In this document: piece by piece, positions 8,707 through 18,380 of the stretch
Layout of the letters: every line of letters starts with the position of its first letter
Numbering within the stretch: the first letter of the stretch is position 1
Assembly (NCBI GenBank): GCA_038740895.1
Contig: JAVYLK010000001.1
Location: 175,656 to 239,655 of the forward strand
Origin: Candidatus Caldarchaeum sp.
GTDB lineage: Archaea; Thermoproteota; Nitrososphaeria_A; Caldarchaeales; Caldarchaeaceae
Direction of reading: 5' to 3'
Length of the DNA stretch: 64,000 nucleotides
Translations under genes and position numbers: made by a program
Notes under the pieces: model-generated
Database searches by the model: none
What the model saw: only the letters and a program-made list of their open reading frames with translations
Told to the model about the DNA's origin: nothing

Positions 8707-10596
8707 CTAACGACTAATAAGCTTGTCCAAATAATACACTGAGCAGCGTCCGAACGGTATCTGGGCTGCGAGCATGTCGGCCTCTTCCTTGGAGAGTGTT
8801 GCTTCCATAAGACTCAAAACCTTAATAGCAGCATCTTCAGCCAACGTCCTCCCCGGCCTAAGCTCGACGAAACTACGTCCCGACCGGAGAGCCGTGAGGT
8901 AGGGAACAACCGTAAAGCCTTTCTCCATCCGGACAGCCGCAAGCCGAAGTTCGGCTGAGACGTATCTTCTCTGGCCGTAGACCATGAAAGAACCCTTCGG
9001 CAGGAACTGGCCCGAGGGCGGGGTGAAGGAGACTTGGTCCGCCGCCACGTAGTAAACCGATGCGTTTGAGAACATCTCCCTCCAAGCCCTGCTGTAGGAG
9101 GCGGTGAACTGGGCTGCCTCCATTATGTCTGCTTCAGAGGCTCTCCCCCCGTCCTTCAGGACCGTCGCCGGCGAACCCGCCACCTCTGTATGGAACACGA
9201 CATCGTTTCCGGCTAGGTGTTGCTTGAGCAACTTTATGTTTGACCTGCTGTCCCTCCCCGACATAGCTAAAAAACCACCCGAAGTCGTGAACTCTCTGAA
9301 CGGCTTGACCTGCCTACGGGGCGTAGGCTTGGGCAGGTGCTTCTCCAGCCCAGCCAACTCGCTGCCAGAAGTAAGGCGTCTAACCCTATCGTCGATCTGC
9401 TCAACCTCGGCTGAAAGCTTCACCACCGAGTTTTTGAGGGTTTTGAGCTCGTCGTACAGCTTTCCAAGTTCTCGGTGTATTGAGGAGGTGCGCCTCAGCA
9501 CAAGCCTCAGTTCTCCCATCTGAAGCGTCAGCGTGTTTTCTCCCAGCTCAGCCCTGCATCCCGTTGATGCGAAGACCTCTTCAACTGCTTCCCTAGGAGC
9601 TGTCCACGGGTCTTCCAGCATGTAAGTCAACGGCTTGGTTCTGTTGATGAAGTTCTCCAGATCGTCTATTCTCCGCCTCAACTTCTCTATTGCAAAAAGC
9701 TTGTCCCCCTTCTCCTTCTCCAAAGCTTCTACCTTCTGCTGAATGGCTTTCTTCTCCTCGTCCATTCGCCTTCTGCCGACTTCATTTATGTAAGCCTCCA
9801 AAACGGCCTCGCTGAAGCTGGTTTTTTCTACGAATTCGAAGTCGTGGAGAGACCTGAGCTCGACGGGGCTGGGCACCGCTTCCAGCCCACGCTTATATAC
9901 TCGGGGGCGGGGCTTGGCCATCTCATCGAAAAGGTCCTTCAGAGCCACTGCGATCCTCGTCCTCTCCTCCTCGGACAGGCTTGACGTCTTCCTCCTTTTC
10001 TCAACGCCAGCCCTGTACAGAACCTCTTCAGCGTACTTCCCTCCCAGGCCTAGGTCTCTAGAAAGAGACGCAACGACGGGTGATCCCGGGTTGAGCATGT
10101 GGAGATGGTCGGAGGGGTTCATAGAAGGTATGAGGGCGAACTTTTCAGCTGGGGGTTTGTATGCAGCCCCTTTGACTACGGTTCGTCCAGAAGACTTGAC
10201 AGGCTCGAGCAGCCATATCACGGTTTCGTCCCGGAGTAGGAAGACACCGCCGGGAGGCAATAGCTCTGCCACGATTTTAAGCCCATCTCTGTTGAACGCA
10301 AGTTCCACAATCCTCTCGGACCCAAGCTGGTTCAACGCAGTTATTTTCAGGCCTTCGACCATCCTCCTTAGATGGAGGATGGTGGCCGGCGGCTCGGCCG
10401 GCTTGGGGTACGGAGTGGACGTGTATGTAATCATCTTCCCGGCTGCTACTAAAAGTTCGTAGGACTGAAACTGGGGCTTGTAAAGCCTGAAGACCGTCGT
10501 CCTTTCCTCCGTCTGGTATACGTTTTTGACGTAGGCGTCTTCGACAAGCTCTTTGAGCTCCTTCACGACAACCGTGAGCTCCGCTGATGTAAGCAT
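8707..10596 (-). CDS. NFACT-family protein (Rqc2/NEMF/FbpA homolog: NFACT-N plus DUF814/NFACT-R)
   Basis: FbpA-like N-terminus LTSAELTVVVKELKELVEDAYVKNVYQTEERTTVFRLYK, a long central coiled coil, and a C-terminal DUF814-like segment VVFHTEVAGSPATVLKDGGRASEADIMEAAQFTASYS. 629 aa. Confidence 0.7.
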   Translation of the reverse strand: MLTSAELTVVVKELKELVEDAYVKNVYQTEERTTVFRLYKPQFQSYELLVAAGKMITYTSTPYPKPAEPPATILHLRRMVEGLKITALNQLGSERIVELAFNRDGLKIVAELLPPGGVFLLRDETVIWLLEPVKSSGRTVVKGAAYKPPAEKFALIPSMNPSDHLHMLNPGSPVVASLSRDLGLGGKYAEEVLYRAGVEKRRKTSSLSEEERTRIAVALKDLFDEMAKPRPRVYKRGLEAVPSPVELRSLHDFEFVEKTSFSEAVLEAYINEVGRRRMDEEKKAIQQKVEALEKEKGDKLFAIEKLRRRIDDLENFINRTKPLTYMLEDPWTAPREAVEEVFASTGCRAELGENTLTLQMGELRLVLRRTSSIHRELGKLYDELKTLKNSVVKLSAEVEQIDDRVRRLTSGSELAGLEKHLPKPTPRRQVKPFREFTTSGGFLAMSGRDSRSNIKLLKQHLAGNDVVFHTEVAGSPATVLKDGGRASEADIMEAAQFTASYSRAWREMFSNASVYYVAADQVSFTPPSGQFLPKGSFMVYGQRRYVSAELRLAAVRMEKGFTVVPYLTALRSGRSFVELRPGRTLAEDAAIKVLSLMEATLSKEEADMLAAQIPFGRCSVYYLDKLISR

Positions 10597-10683
10597 CCTA
10601 CTAACTCAACGTAGTCCGGGTTGGTAAAAACTGTTGACCTGCCAACCTTAAATTAGCGTTTTCTTGAAGAGAACGGAGGAAGC

Positions 10684-10953
10684 TTGGGCTTCGACTACGT
10701 CTACTGGGTCAAAGTTTTCACAGCTGTCGTTTATGGATACATCTCGGCTCTGGGAGCCATAGCCCTCGAATCCGCTTTGTATATCTATGTTTTTCTGTTG
10801 ACGGCGGTTGTCATCTACATCTTTCTCGCCGAGGTTATCTGGAGAATGAGCGGTATGAAGGTTCGGAGGAGACAATCCTACCTTAACGGGGCGGGAGGGT
10901 ACGCAGGTGTATACCTTCTTGCCTGGCTGTTGTTTTTCAACCTTCTTGCGTAG
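10684..10953 (+). CDS. small hydrophobic membrane protein (hypothetical)
   Basis: 89 aa with 2-3 predicted TM helices. Divergent from the NFACT gene. No homology recognised. Confidence 0.3.
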   Translation: MGFDYVYWVKVFTAVVYGYISALGAIALESALYIYVFLLTAVVIYIFLAEVIWRMSGMKVRRRQSYLNGAGGYAGVYLLAWLLFFNLLA

Positions 10954-11302
10954 CGGTTATTTTCGCCGGCTTGGGCAGCTTCTCAACAGCCTCGAGCACG
11001 TGCCGCCACGCATGGAAGAACCTGTCGTCTCCTCCAAGCGTCTTTGATAGAGCCTCCAAGCACTTCTTGACATCGCTCTTCCTCCTCCTAAACTCCTCGT
11101 TGAGATAAAGCATGTACAGCAAAGAGTCTCTGTCTTCACCGACGTAGGAATGGTACAAACCCTTGAGGGCATGGATGTACCTCGCGTCGTCTGGATGTTT
11201 CTCCTCCAGCTGGGTGAGATACTTCTCAGCCTCGGTAAGCCTGTTCCTGAACAGAATATCTAGGAACTCGAAGGTCTCCTTGGCCGAGACAACCATCATC
11301 AT
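10937..11302 (-). CDS. hypothetical protein (121 aa), translationally coupled to radA
   Basis: Start ATGATGATG overlaps the radA stop by 4 nt. Predicted helical protein, no recognised motif. Confidence 0.45.
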   Translation of the reverse strand: MMMVVSAKETFEFLDILFRNRLTEAEKYLTQLEEKHPDDARYIHALKGLYHSYVGEDRDSLLYMLYLNEEFRRRKSDVKKCLEALSKTLGGDDRFFHAWRHVLEAVEKLPKPAKITATQEG

Positions 11303-12261
11303 CCACCTTCTTCAACATCCTCGACGCCGTTCTCAGTTATCTGGAAAACCGCCTCCCCCTCAGGCAGGTAAGGGCTCGAGACCAGACGAGCTATCCTCGT
11401 CCTCCTGCCAGAGACTTTGCGGAGCAAAACTCTGTTATGGCTTGTGTGGCCGACGACATGGCCTCCTATCGGGTAGACTGCCAGGCTGCTTATGTCGTCA
11501 GGCCTTGCCATCACCTGGTTCGTGGCTACGGCGGCGGCGTTGAAGGCTCTGGCCAGCCTAACGATGCGATGCATGTGTTTGTTCAGCTTCTGCTGCCTCT
11601 CAGGAAGCATCTGCCTTCCAAGGTATTCGCTCCTGAAGTGAGCGGTCAAGGAGTCGACTATAATCAGTTTAACGTTTTTCTCCTTGATGACCTTGTCAGA
11701 CTTCTCGATTAGGAGTATTTGATGGTCGCTTGTGTAGGCTTCTGCGTATACTATGCGCTCCATCACCTCGTCCGGTTCAAGCCCTAGATGCTTGGCCATC
11801 GATACTATTCTTTCAGGTCTGAAGGTGTTCTCGGTGTCTATGTAGAGCGCCGACCCGTCGAGTCCCCCCCTCCTTACTGGAAGCTGAACGTTCACGGCTA
11901 GCTGGTGGCATATCTGGGACTTGCCCGTGCCAAACTCTCCGAAGAACTCTGTTATCGCCTGTGTCTCAACGCCTCCGCCGAGCAGCATGTCAAGCCTCAT
12001 GCTTCCCGTGGTAACGCGGCCTATCGAGGTCTTGAGTTCGGCCAACTCCTTCGCAGTCACCCACGTGATTTCGATAAACTCCCTTGCTGTCGAGATTACT
12101 CGCGATGCCTGCTTATCGTCGAACCCTGCTGCAACAAGCTCAGCCACCGTGGCTGTTGCGACAGACTCGACGGTTGTGTACCCCATCTCCCTTAGCCTTT
12201 CCGCAAGCTGTTTGCTCACCCCGGGCAAGTCCTCCAAGAATACGTAGCGAGGCTCTTTCAA
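11299..12261 (-). CDS. radA: DNA repair and recombination protein RadA
   Basis: N-terminal HhH domain, Walker [18 protein letters not shown], Walker [16 protein letters not shown], and the characteristic [10 protein letters not shown] segment. 320 aa, no intein. Confidence 0.9.
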   Translation of the reverse strand: MKEPRYVFLEDLPGVSKQLAERLREMGYTTVESVATATVAELVAAGFDDKQASRVISTAREFIEITWVTAKELAELKTSIGRVTTGSMRLDMLLGGGVETQAITEFFGEFGTGKSQICHQLAVNVQLPVRRGGLDGSALYIDTENTFRPERIVSMAKHLGLEPDEVMERIVYAEAYTSDHQILLIEKSDKVIKEKNVKLIIVDSLTAHFRSEYLGRQMLPERQQKLNKHMHRIVRLARAFNAAAVATNQVMARPDDISSLAVYPIGGHVVGHTSHNRVLLRKVSGRRTRIARLVSSPYLPEGEAVFQITENGVEDVEEGG

Positions 12262-12326
12262 ACCACAGCTCTGGGTTCATGTCTGCAGGGAATTATAAAA
12301 ACTAATAGCCTCGTCAGGCTCTCACC

Positions 12327-13562
12327 GTGTTGATGAAAGCGGTCTTGATTGTTCTCGACGGTCTAGGGGACAGGAGATGCAGGGCCCTGAACGGGCTCAC
12401 ACCTCTTCAGGCCGCCAGCCCTTCTTTTTTCGACAGGCTTGCGGCTGAGGGCGAGACTGGTATAGTGGACGTTGTTTCCCCGGGAGTTCCCAACGGAAGC
12501 GACACGGGGCATCTAGCTCTGCTGGGCTACGACCCTCACAAGTACTACACGGGCCGTGGGCCTTTCGAGGCTTTGGGAGCGGGCCTACACCTCGATAAGA
12601 AGGATGTTGCGCTAAGGTGTAATTTCGGCACCGTCGACTCTGGCTCCGTGCTAGTTGACCGGAGAGCGGGGAGAATATCCTCGGAGGAGGCCGGCAAGCT
12701 GGCCGAGTCGGTTGGAGCGATGGAGGTTGAGGGCGTGAAGGTCTTGTTCAAACACACCGTTGAACACAGGGGCGTTCTACTCCTACGGGGCGACGGGCTG
12801 TCTCACAGAGTTTCGAACGTAGACCCGCACAGCACGGGGACTGTCGTCGCCATGCCCAAGCCGCTTGACGGGAGCAGAGAAGCAAGGTTCACGGCCGAAG
12901 TCTTGACGAAGTATCTGACGGAAGCCAGAAGAATACTGGAGACGCATCCAGTAAACCTGCGGAGGGTCGAACGGGGCCTTCCCCCAGCCAACTTCATACT
13001 TACTCGGGGGGCGGGTGTCAAGCCAGACCTTCCCGGCTTCGAGTCGAAGTACGGAATGCGGGGGTCTGTCGTGGCCGGAGGCGCTCTGTACAAAGGCGTC
13101 TGCAAGGCCGCCGGATTGGACGTAGCCCTTGTCGAGGGTGCTACGGGAACTGTCAACACAAACCTAGACGGCAAGGCGGCGGCTGTGCTGGAGCATCTCA
13201 AACGCCACGACTTCGTCCTTCTCCACATCAAAGCCACCGACACCTTGAGCCACGACAAAAAACCCGCCGAAAAAGTAATGATGATAAAGAAGGTGTCGGA
13301 TGTCTTGAAGAAAATGTTGGAGGAGCTTCCCGACGGAACACATCTAGCCGTCACTGGCGACCATACGACTCCATCGGAGTTGGGGGAGCATCGCGGGGAC
13401 CCGGTTCCGCTGCTGGTCTGGGGTCCGCAGGTAAGGGGCGACATGGTTAACTCTTTCAACGAGGTTTCATGCAGCCGTGGAGGACTGGGTAGAATACGAG
13501 GGGTCGACGTGATGCCCATACTAGCTAACTACGCAGGAGCTCTCGAGCTGTTTGGGGAGTGA
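12327..13562 (+). CDS. apgM: 2,3-bisphosphoglycerate-independent phosphoglycerate mutase, archaeal type
   Basis: AVLIVLDGLGDRRCRALNGLTPLQAASPSFFDRLA...NGSDTGHLALLGYDP and HIKATDTLSHD. 411 aa. Confidence 0.8.
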   Translation: MLMKAVLIVLDGLGDRRCRALNGLTPLQAASPSFFDRLAAEGETGIVDVVSPGVPNGSDTGHLALLGYDPHKYYTGRGPFEALGAGLHLDKKDVALRCNFGTVDSGSVLVDRRAGRISSEEAGKLAESVGAMEVEGVKVLFKHTVEHRGVLLLRGDGLSHRVSNVDPHSTGTVVAMPKPLDGSREARFTAEVLTKYLTEARRILETHPVNLRRVERGLPPANFILTRGAGVKPDLPGFESKYGMRGSVVAGGALYKGVCKAAGLDVALVEGATGTVNTNLDGKAAAVLEHLKRHDFVLLHIKATDTLSHDKKPAEKVMMIKKVSDVLKKMLEELPDGTHLAVTGDHTTPSELGEHRGDPVPLLVWGPQVRGDMVNSFNEVSCSRGGLGRIRGVDVMPILANYAGALELFGE

Positions 13563-13933
13563 TTGGGGCGAGGGTTCCGATAATCATAAGGGTTGAGGGC
13601 CTGCCCGACGTAGAAGGCGAGCTGCACAGGTTCGCTGCACCCCTAACCGTCGAGGAGGTCGTGAAACGGCTTCCCGTCGAGGGTTTCGTTGTCCGATGGC
13701 CCACAGCCGTCTACATACTCACAGAAGTCCGGAGAGGTGTGGAAAAGACGAGCAGCAGGCTTGCGGCCGGCGACATCTTCTACTGGCCGCCTGAAGGCGT
13801 GTTAGGAGTAGCTTTGGAGGAGCACGTGCCGCGTTCGCAGACTTTGAAGATCGGATCAGCCGGCTCAGGCTATGCCGTGCTGGAAAAGGCTAGGGTTGGC
13901 TCACGGATGAGGGTTTCTTTGAAGGCTTTTTAG
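13559..13933 (+). CDS. cyclophilin-like (TM1367-type) small protein, hypothetical
   Basis: 124 aa with a pattern resembling the Cyclophil_like/DUF3830 fold. Weak assignment. The 3' end overlaps the S25e gene by 44 nt. Confidence 0.35.
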   Translation: MIGARVPIIIRVEGLPDVEGELHRFAAPLTVEEVVKRLPVEGFVVRWPTAVYILTEVRRGVEKTSSRLAAGDIFYWPPEGVLGVALEEHVPRSQTLKIGSAGSGYAVLEKARVGSRMRVSLKAF

Positions 13934-14267
13934 CCTTTTTGGGCTTGGCCTCTGCCTCGGTTGACGCCTGGCTTGTGGGGGCTTGTGCTGTCTTGAGAAG
14001 CGGCTCGTAGATTCTTATGCGGTTGACTCCTACAACCTCCCGGACCAGGCCTTTGGAGACGAACTCCTTGAGAACTGACTTTGCTATGGACACCCTTACC
14101 TTCAGACGCTCAGCCAGAATGGATGGGGTGACGACATTCAGCCCAGCCAGAGCACTCTTGACATCTTCGTCGGACGGCAGAACAACTTTAAGAACACCCT
14201 TCTCCACAGACTCCTCTTTCTTCTCAGGCGCCTTCTTACGCTCCTGCTTCTTCTGGTCCCCGCTCAC
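13890..14267 (-). CDS. rps25e: 30S ribosomal protein S25e
   Basis: Lys-rich N-terminus MSGDQKKQERKKAPEKK followed by the wHTH core VVTPSILAERLKVRVSIAKSVLKEFVSKGLV. Unusually it also has a Lys-rich C-terminal tail. Confidence 0.6.
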   Translation of the reverse strand: MSGDQKKQERKKAPEKKEESVEKGVLKVVLPSDEDVKSALAGLNVVTPSILAERLKVRVSIAKSVLKEFVSKGLVREVVGVNRIRIYEPLLKTAQAPTSQASTEAEAKPKKAKKPSKKPSSVSQP

Positions 14268-14333
14268 GGCTCTGCATGACGAGGCTTCATTTATTAAGGC
14301 TTAAACCCCGCCCAGCCCCCAAGCCCCTCAGGG

Positions 14334-15110
14334 ATGACAAGGCCTTCAGTAAAATACCTCGGTCATGTGGCCTTAGTAAGGCTTCCTCCCGGCTTCAGCG
14401 GTAGCCCCGAACAGTATGCCGAGAGATTGCTCGCTGGACGGTCTAGGGTGAAGACGGTTGTGCTCATCGACGGCGTCGAGGGGCCGTTGAGGATTCCTCG
14501 GGTAATAGGCATTTTCGGCGAGGCCCCCGCCGAGACGGTCCACAGGGAGAATGGCATGGTGTTCAAGCTTGACGCTTCACGCCTGATGTTCTCTCTGGGG
14601 AACAGCTTCGAGAGGCTTAGGATGATTGATCTTCCACGAGAAGGCGAGACGATAGTCGACATGTTTGCGGGAGTGGGGCAGTTCACAATCCCAGCAGCAA
14701 AATCCCGAGCCGAGCGGGTCTACTCTTTCGAGGTCAACCCCCAAGCGTATGATTACCTGCTGCAGAACATAAGCCTTAACAAGGTTGAGGATAGAGTGAA
14801 GCCATTCTGCGACGACTGCAGGAACGCTACGAGACACGGCCTGAGAAACACGGCAGACCGGATAATAATGGGCTACTTGAACGGAACCCTCAACTACCTC
14901 TCAACCGCACTCGAAATAGCCAAAACCGAAGCCGTCATACACTTTCACGAGCTCGCTAAACCAGTCGACGGATGGGTTGACCTCTACAGCCGCTGCCAGC
15001 TCTGGGCGGGTGAGAAGGGTAGGCAGCTGAAGCTCCTGGGATGGAGGGTTGTCAAGACATACTCGGCTAGGATGTGGCATTATGTTCTAGACCTAGGGCT
15101 CGGAGGCTAG
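14334..15110 (+). CDS. tRNA methyltransferase of the Trm5/Taw2 (Met-10+) family (class I SAM-MTase)
   Basis: Motif I IVDMFAGVGQFTIPAAK and the NPxx-like region SFEVNP. 258 aa. Cannot separate Trm5 (m1G37) from Taw2 (wyosine acp transfer). Confidence 0.65.
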   Translation: MTRPSVKYLGHVALVRLPPGFSGSPEQYAERLLAGRSRVKTVVLIDGVEGPLRIPRVIGIFGEAPAETVHRENGMVFKLDASRLMFSLGNSFERLRMIDLPREGETIVDMFAGVGQFTIPAAKSRAERVYSFEVNPQAYDYLLQNISLNKVEDRVKPFCDDCRNATRHGLRNTADRIIMGYLNGTLNYLSTALEIAKTEAVIHFHELAKPVDGWVDLYSRCQLWAGEKGRQLKLLGWRVVKTYSARMWHYVLDLGLGG

Positions 15111-15509
15111 GCGCTGCTTCAGCCATTTCGCCACAGCTGAGAAAGTTGGGCTCCTCGAAACGTTGATGACCAAGGCTTCAGGGCCCTTCTCAGCGCTCAG
15201 CATCTGGGTGTAGTTCGGCAGGGGGGCGAAAGAAACGCTCATCCAGTAAACTCTTCCGCTCATCAACTCTTCAACCACCTTCGTGTTGTTCGAAGCCAGA
15301 GGTATCGGCAAAAAAACAACGCCTTCAGCCCAGTACAGAACGGCCGGCTGACCCGGCGGCAGAATCATGTTCCGGATCAGCTCGTCAGCTGTCGGATACT
15401 TGACGTACTCCAGCACGACTATCTCTTTAAGCGGGCTGTATACTATCGACACCATGGTATTAAGAGGATGAAAAATCCTTTTAAGTGTTTGTACACGCTT
15501 AACCAACAT
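15093..15509 (-). CDS. hypothetical protein (138 aa)
   Basis: ORF exactly fills the gap between the convergent/divergent neighbours. No motif recognised. Confidence 0.35.
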   Translation of the reverse strand: MLVKRVQTLKRIFHPLNTMVSIVYSPLKEIVVLEYVKYPTADELIRNMILPPGQPAVLYWAEGVVFLPIPLASNNTKVVEELMSGRVYWMSVSFAPLPNYTQMLSAEKGPEALVINVSRSPTFSAVAKWLKQRLASEP

Positions 15510-17208
15510 GGACGGGCTTGAGTTCGTCTTGAGCAGGCCTTGGACAAGGTTTTACGAAAAGTCTGTCAACGGCAACATCACGGCTCCGAAAACACCCCTT
15601 CCGGACTTTTTTGAGGCTAACTGCACAGAGTACAGGAATAAAGTGGCCGCAGTCTTCCTCGACACGCAGTTCACTTTCGACGAGCTCAGCAAGTATGTTA
15701 GAAGGTTTGCAGCATTCGTATCCAAGCTGGGGATTGGAAAGGGAAGCAGAGTGGTTGTTCTCCTTCCAAACAGCGTGCAATTCATCGTATCATACTACGG
15801 AGTCCTCAAGACGGGGGCCACAGTTGTTCCGATAAACCCGCTGAGCACAGCGACCGAGATACAGCAGTACTGCTCCATCTCTTCCGCATCAGCCTTAGTT
15901 TGTCTCGACTTGTTCATAGACAACGTGATGACAGCTATGCCTGGCACTCAGCTACGCTACGTCATCACCTCCAATATAGCAGACCATCTACCCGGGCTTA
16001 AGAAAACTTTGGGAAAACTGTTGAGGAGGATACCTTCGAAGGAACTTCCCAAGCACCCCGCCATCAAGACTTACACGGAGGCCTTGGAAACTCCTGAAGA
16101 GGAGATAAAAGCCGACATCAACCCCGAGAAAGACACGGCCTCGCTCCAGTTCACCGGAGGAACAACAGGCCTTCCAAAAGCCGTCGTCCTAACCCATCAC
16201 AACATACTGTCGAACATAATCCAGATGTACGAGTTCATCAGGCCCTACATAGTTGAAGCTGGGGAGACCTTTGCAGCGCTACTGCCGTTCTACCACATAT
16301 ACGGGCAGACAGTAATACTGGGAGCTGGGCTCAACAAGGGCAACAGGCTGATAATCTTTCCGAGGCTAGAGCTCGAGAAGTTCATGGAAGACGTTGAAAA
16401 ATACGCCGTCACCATACTGCCGGGTGTCCCCACCCTGTTCAACGTCATGATGAAGCACCGCCGAGCCTCTGAATTCAAGTACCCCAAGCTTAAGCTAGTC
16501 ATATCTGGAGCTGACATGCTGCCGCCTGAAGTAGCTGAGGAGTTCGAGAAAACTTTCGGAAAACGGATAGTGGAGGGCTACGGGCTTACTGAGGCATCCC
16601 CCGTCACCCACGTAAACCCGCCCGACAGGGTCAAGAAAGGCTCGTTCGGAATACCAATTCCGTCCACTTTGGCAGCCGTCCTAGACCCTGCTACAAAGAC
16701 GTTCCTACCTCCCGGCGAGATCGGGGAGCTTGTAGTTTCTGGCCCTCAGGTAATGAAGGGCTACTTGAACGATGACTCGAGCGTCTTCCTGATGGAGGCA
16801 GGCAGGCGGTGGCTGATGACAGGCGACTTGGTTAGGATGGATGAAGAGGGCTACTTCTACTTCGTGGAGAGGGCGAAGGATGTCATCAAGCACAAAGGGT
16901 TTACAGTTTTTCCTGCGGAGATTGAGAGAGTTCTTTATGAAAGCGAGTCTGTCAAGGAGGCTTCGGTGGTAGGGGTAAAGGATGAAGTCACTGGTGAGAG
17001 AATCGTGGCTGCGGTTGTTCTGAAGCCGGGGGCTGACGAACGCGTGGAGCTTGAAAAACTGAGAGAAAACTGCAGGGCGAAGCTCGCCGAGTACAAGCAC
17101 CCCTCCGAGTTCATCGTCTTCAGCGAACTGCCCAAGTCCCTGGTCGGAAAGATGCTGAGGAGAAAAGTCAAGGAGATGATATATCAAAAAACTGGCGGGA
17201 AAGGCTAG
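15508..17208 (+). CDS. long-chain-fatty-acid--CoA ligase / AMP-dependent synthetase
   Basis: AMP-binding signature LQFTGGTTGLPKAVVLTHHN and C-terminal GEL...GDL...DEEGYFYFVERAKD. 566 aa. Confidence 0.85.
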   Translation: MDGLEFVLSRPWTRFYEKSVNGNITAPKTPLPDFFEANCTEYRNKVAAVFLDTQFTFDELSKYVRRFAAFVSKLGIGKGSRVVVLLPNSVQFIVSYYGVLKTGATVVPINPLSTATEIQQYCSISSASALVCLDLFIDNVMTAMPGTQLRYVITSNIADHLPGLKKTLGKLLRRIPSKELPKHPAIKTYTEALETPEEEIKADINPEKDTASLQFTGGTTGLPKAVVLTHHNILSNIIQMYEFIRPYIVEAGETFAALLPFYHIYGQTVILGAGLNKGNRLIIFPRLELEKFMEDVEKYAVTILPGVPTLFNVMMKHRRASEFKYPKLKLVISGADMLPPEVAEEFEKTFGKRIVEGYGLTEASPVTHVNPPDRVKKGSFGIPIPSTLAAVLDPATKTFLPPGEIGELVVSGPQVMKGYLNDDSSVFLMEAGRRWLMTGDLVRMDEEGYFYFVERAKDVIKHKGFTVFPAEIERVLYESESVKEASVVGVKDEVTGERIVAAVVLKPGADERVELEKLRENCRAKLAEYKHPSEFIVFSELPKSLVGKMLRRKVKEMIYQKTGGKG

Positions 17209-17221
17209 ACATCTATTTATT

Positions 17222-18379
17222 GTGATTGTTAACAGAGACCATGTGAGCTCTTCGGGAGTCTACAAGGGGTTGGACAACTTACCCATCAAGGAGACTGTTC
17301 TTTCCACTATTGACGGTGAGAAGGGCAAGCTGTACTACGTTGGTTATTCTGTCGAGGAGCTTGCGGAGAAATCAACCTATGAAGAGGTGTGTTTCCTCCT
17401 TCTGAACCACAGGCTTCCGTCAGGGTCGGAGCTGGCTGATTTCACCAGCAGGCTTGTCGAAGAGAGGAGACTTCACCCCGATGTATGGAGTTTGTTGAGC
17501 CGATTACCGCCAGAAGCCTCGTTGATGAACAAGCTAAAGCTAGGCGTCGACCTGCTCGCACTCTACGACAAGGAAGCCGACAGCGTCGACAAGAACTCAA
17601 GGATGAGGACGGCCATACGGATAATATCTAAGATAGCCACGCTAGCTACGGGCCTCTACCGCCTGAGCAAGGGTCTTGAGCCGGTTGAACCCGACTCCCG
17701 GCTTCTGCATTCGTCGAACTTCCTTTACATGGCTACTGGAAGAAAGCCCGACAGTCTAGAATCCAAGATAATGGACGTAGCATTCATCCTACACGCCGAG
17801 CATGAGCTTCCAGCCTCCTCGACAGCAGCCCTCGTCGTGGCATCCACGCTGTCAGACCTCTACTCTGCAGTTTCGGCTGGTATAGGTGCGTTGAAAGGGC
17901 CGCTGCACGGAGGAGCGAACGAGCGGGCTTTGGAGATGCTGATGTCGATAAAATCGCCCGAGGAAGCTCAGCAGTATGTTTTGAGGGAGCTCGGGTCTAA
18001 AAGGAAGATTATGGGGTTCGGCCACCGGGTTTACAAGACGTTCGACCCAAGAGCAGTCATATTCAAGTCTTATTTGGAGAAGCTCTCCGAGGTTAAGGGA
18101 GACAGGAGGCTGCTGGGGATAGCTGACAAGGTTGAGGAGGTGATGATTAAGGAGCTGGGCTCTAAAATGATATTTCCAAACATAGACCTCTACTCGGGCC
18201 CGGTTTTCAGCCTCCTCGGGCTCGATAAGGAGATGTTCACACCCATTTTCGCAGCGGCCAGGTCTGTGGGATGGATCGCTCACGTTCTCGAGTACTGGGA
18301 GGACAACAGGCTCATCAGGCCGCGCGCTGTGTACGTGGGGCCCGAGCCTAGGAAATACATCCCTATCGACGAACGATAG
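17222..18379 (+). CDS. citrate synthase (or 2-methylcitrate synthase)
   Basis: Catalytic signature GFGHRVYKTFDPRA and HAEHELPASSTAALVVAST. 385 aa. Confidence 0.85.
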   Translation: MIVNRDHVSSSGVYKGLDNLPIKETVLSTIDGEKGKLYYVGYSVEELAEKSTYEEVCFLLLNHRLPSGSELADFTSRLVEERRLHPDVWSLLSRLPPEASLMNKLKLGVDLLALYDKEADSVDKNSRMRTAIRIISKIATLATGLYRLSKGLEPVEPDSRLLHSSNFLYMATGRKPDSLESKIMDVAFILHAEHELPASSTAALVVASTLSDLYSAVSAGIGALKGPLHGGANERALEMLMSIKSPEEAQQYVLRELGSKRKIMGFGHRVYKTFDPRAVIFKSYLEKLSEVKGDRRLLGIADKVEEVMIKELGSKMIFPNIDLYSGPVFSLLGLDKEMFTPIFAAARSVGWIAHVLEYWEDNRLIRPRAVYVGPEPRKYIPIDER

Positions 18380-18380
18380 G

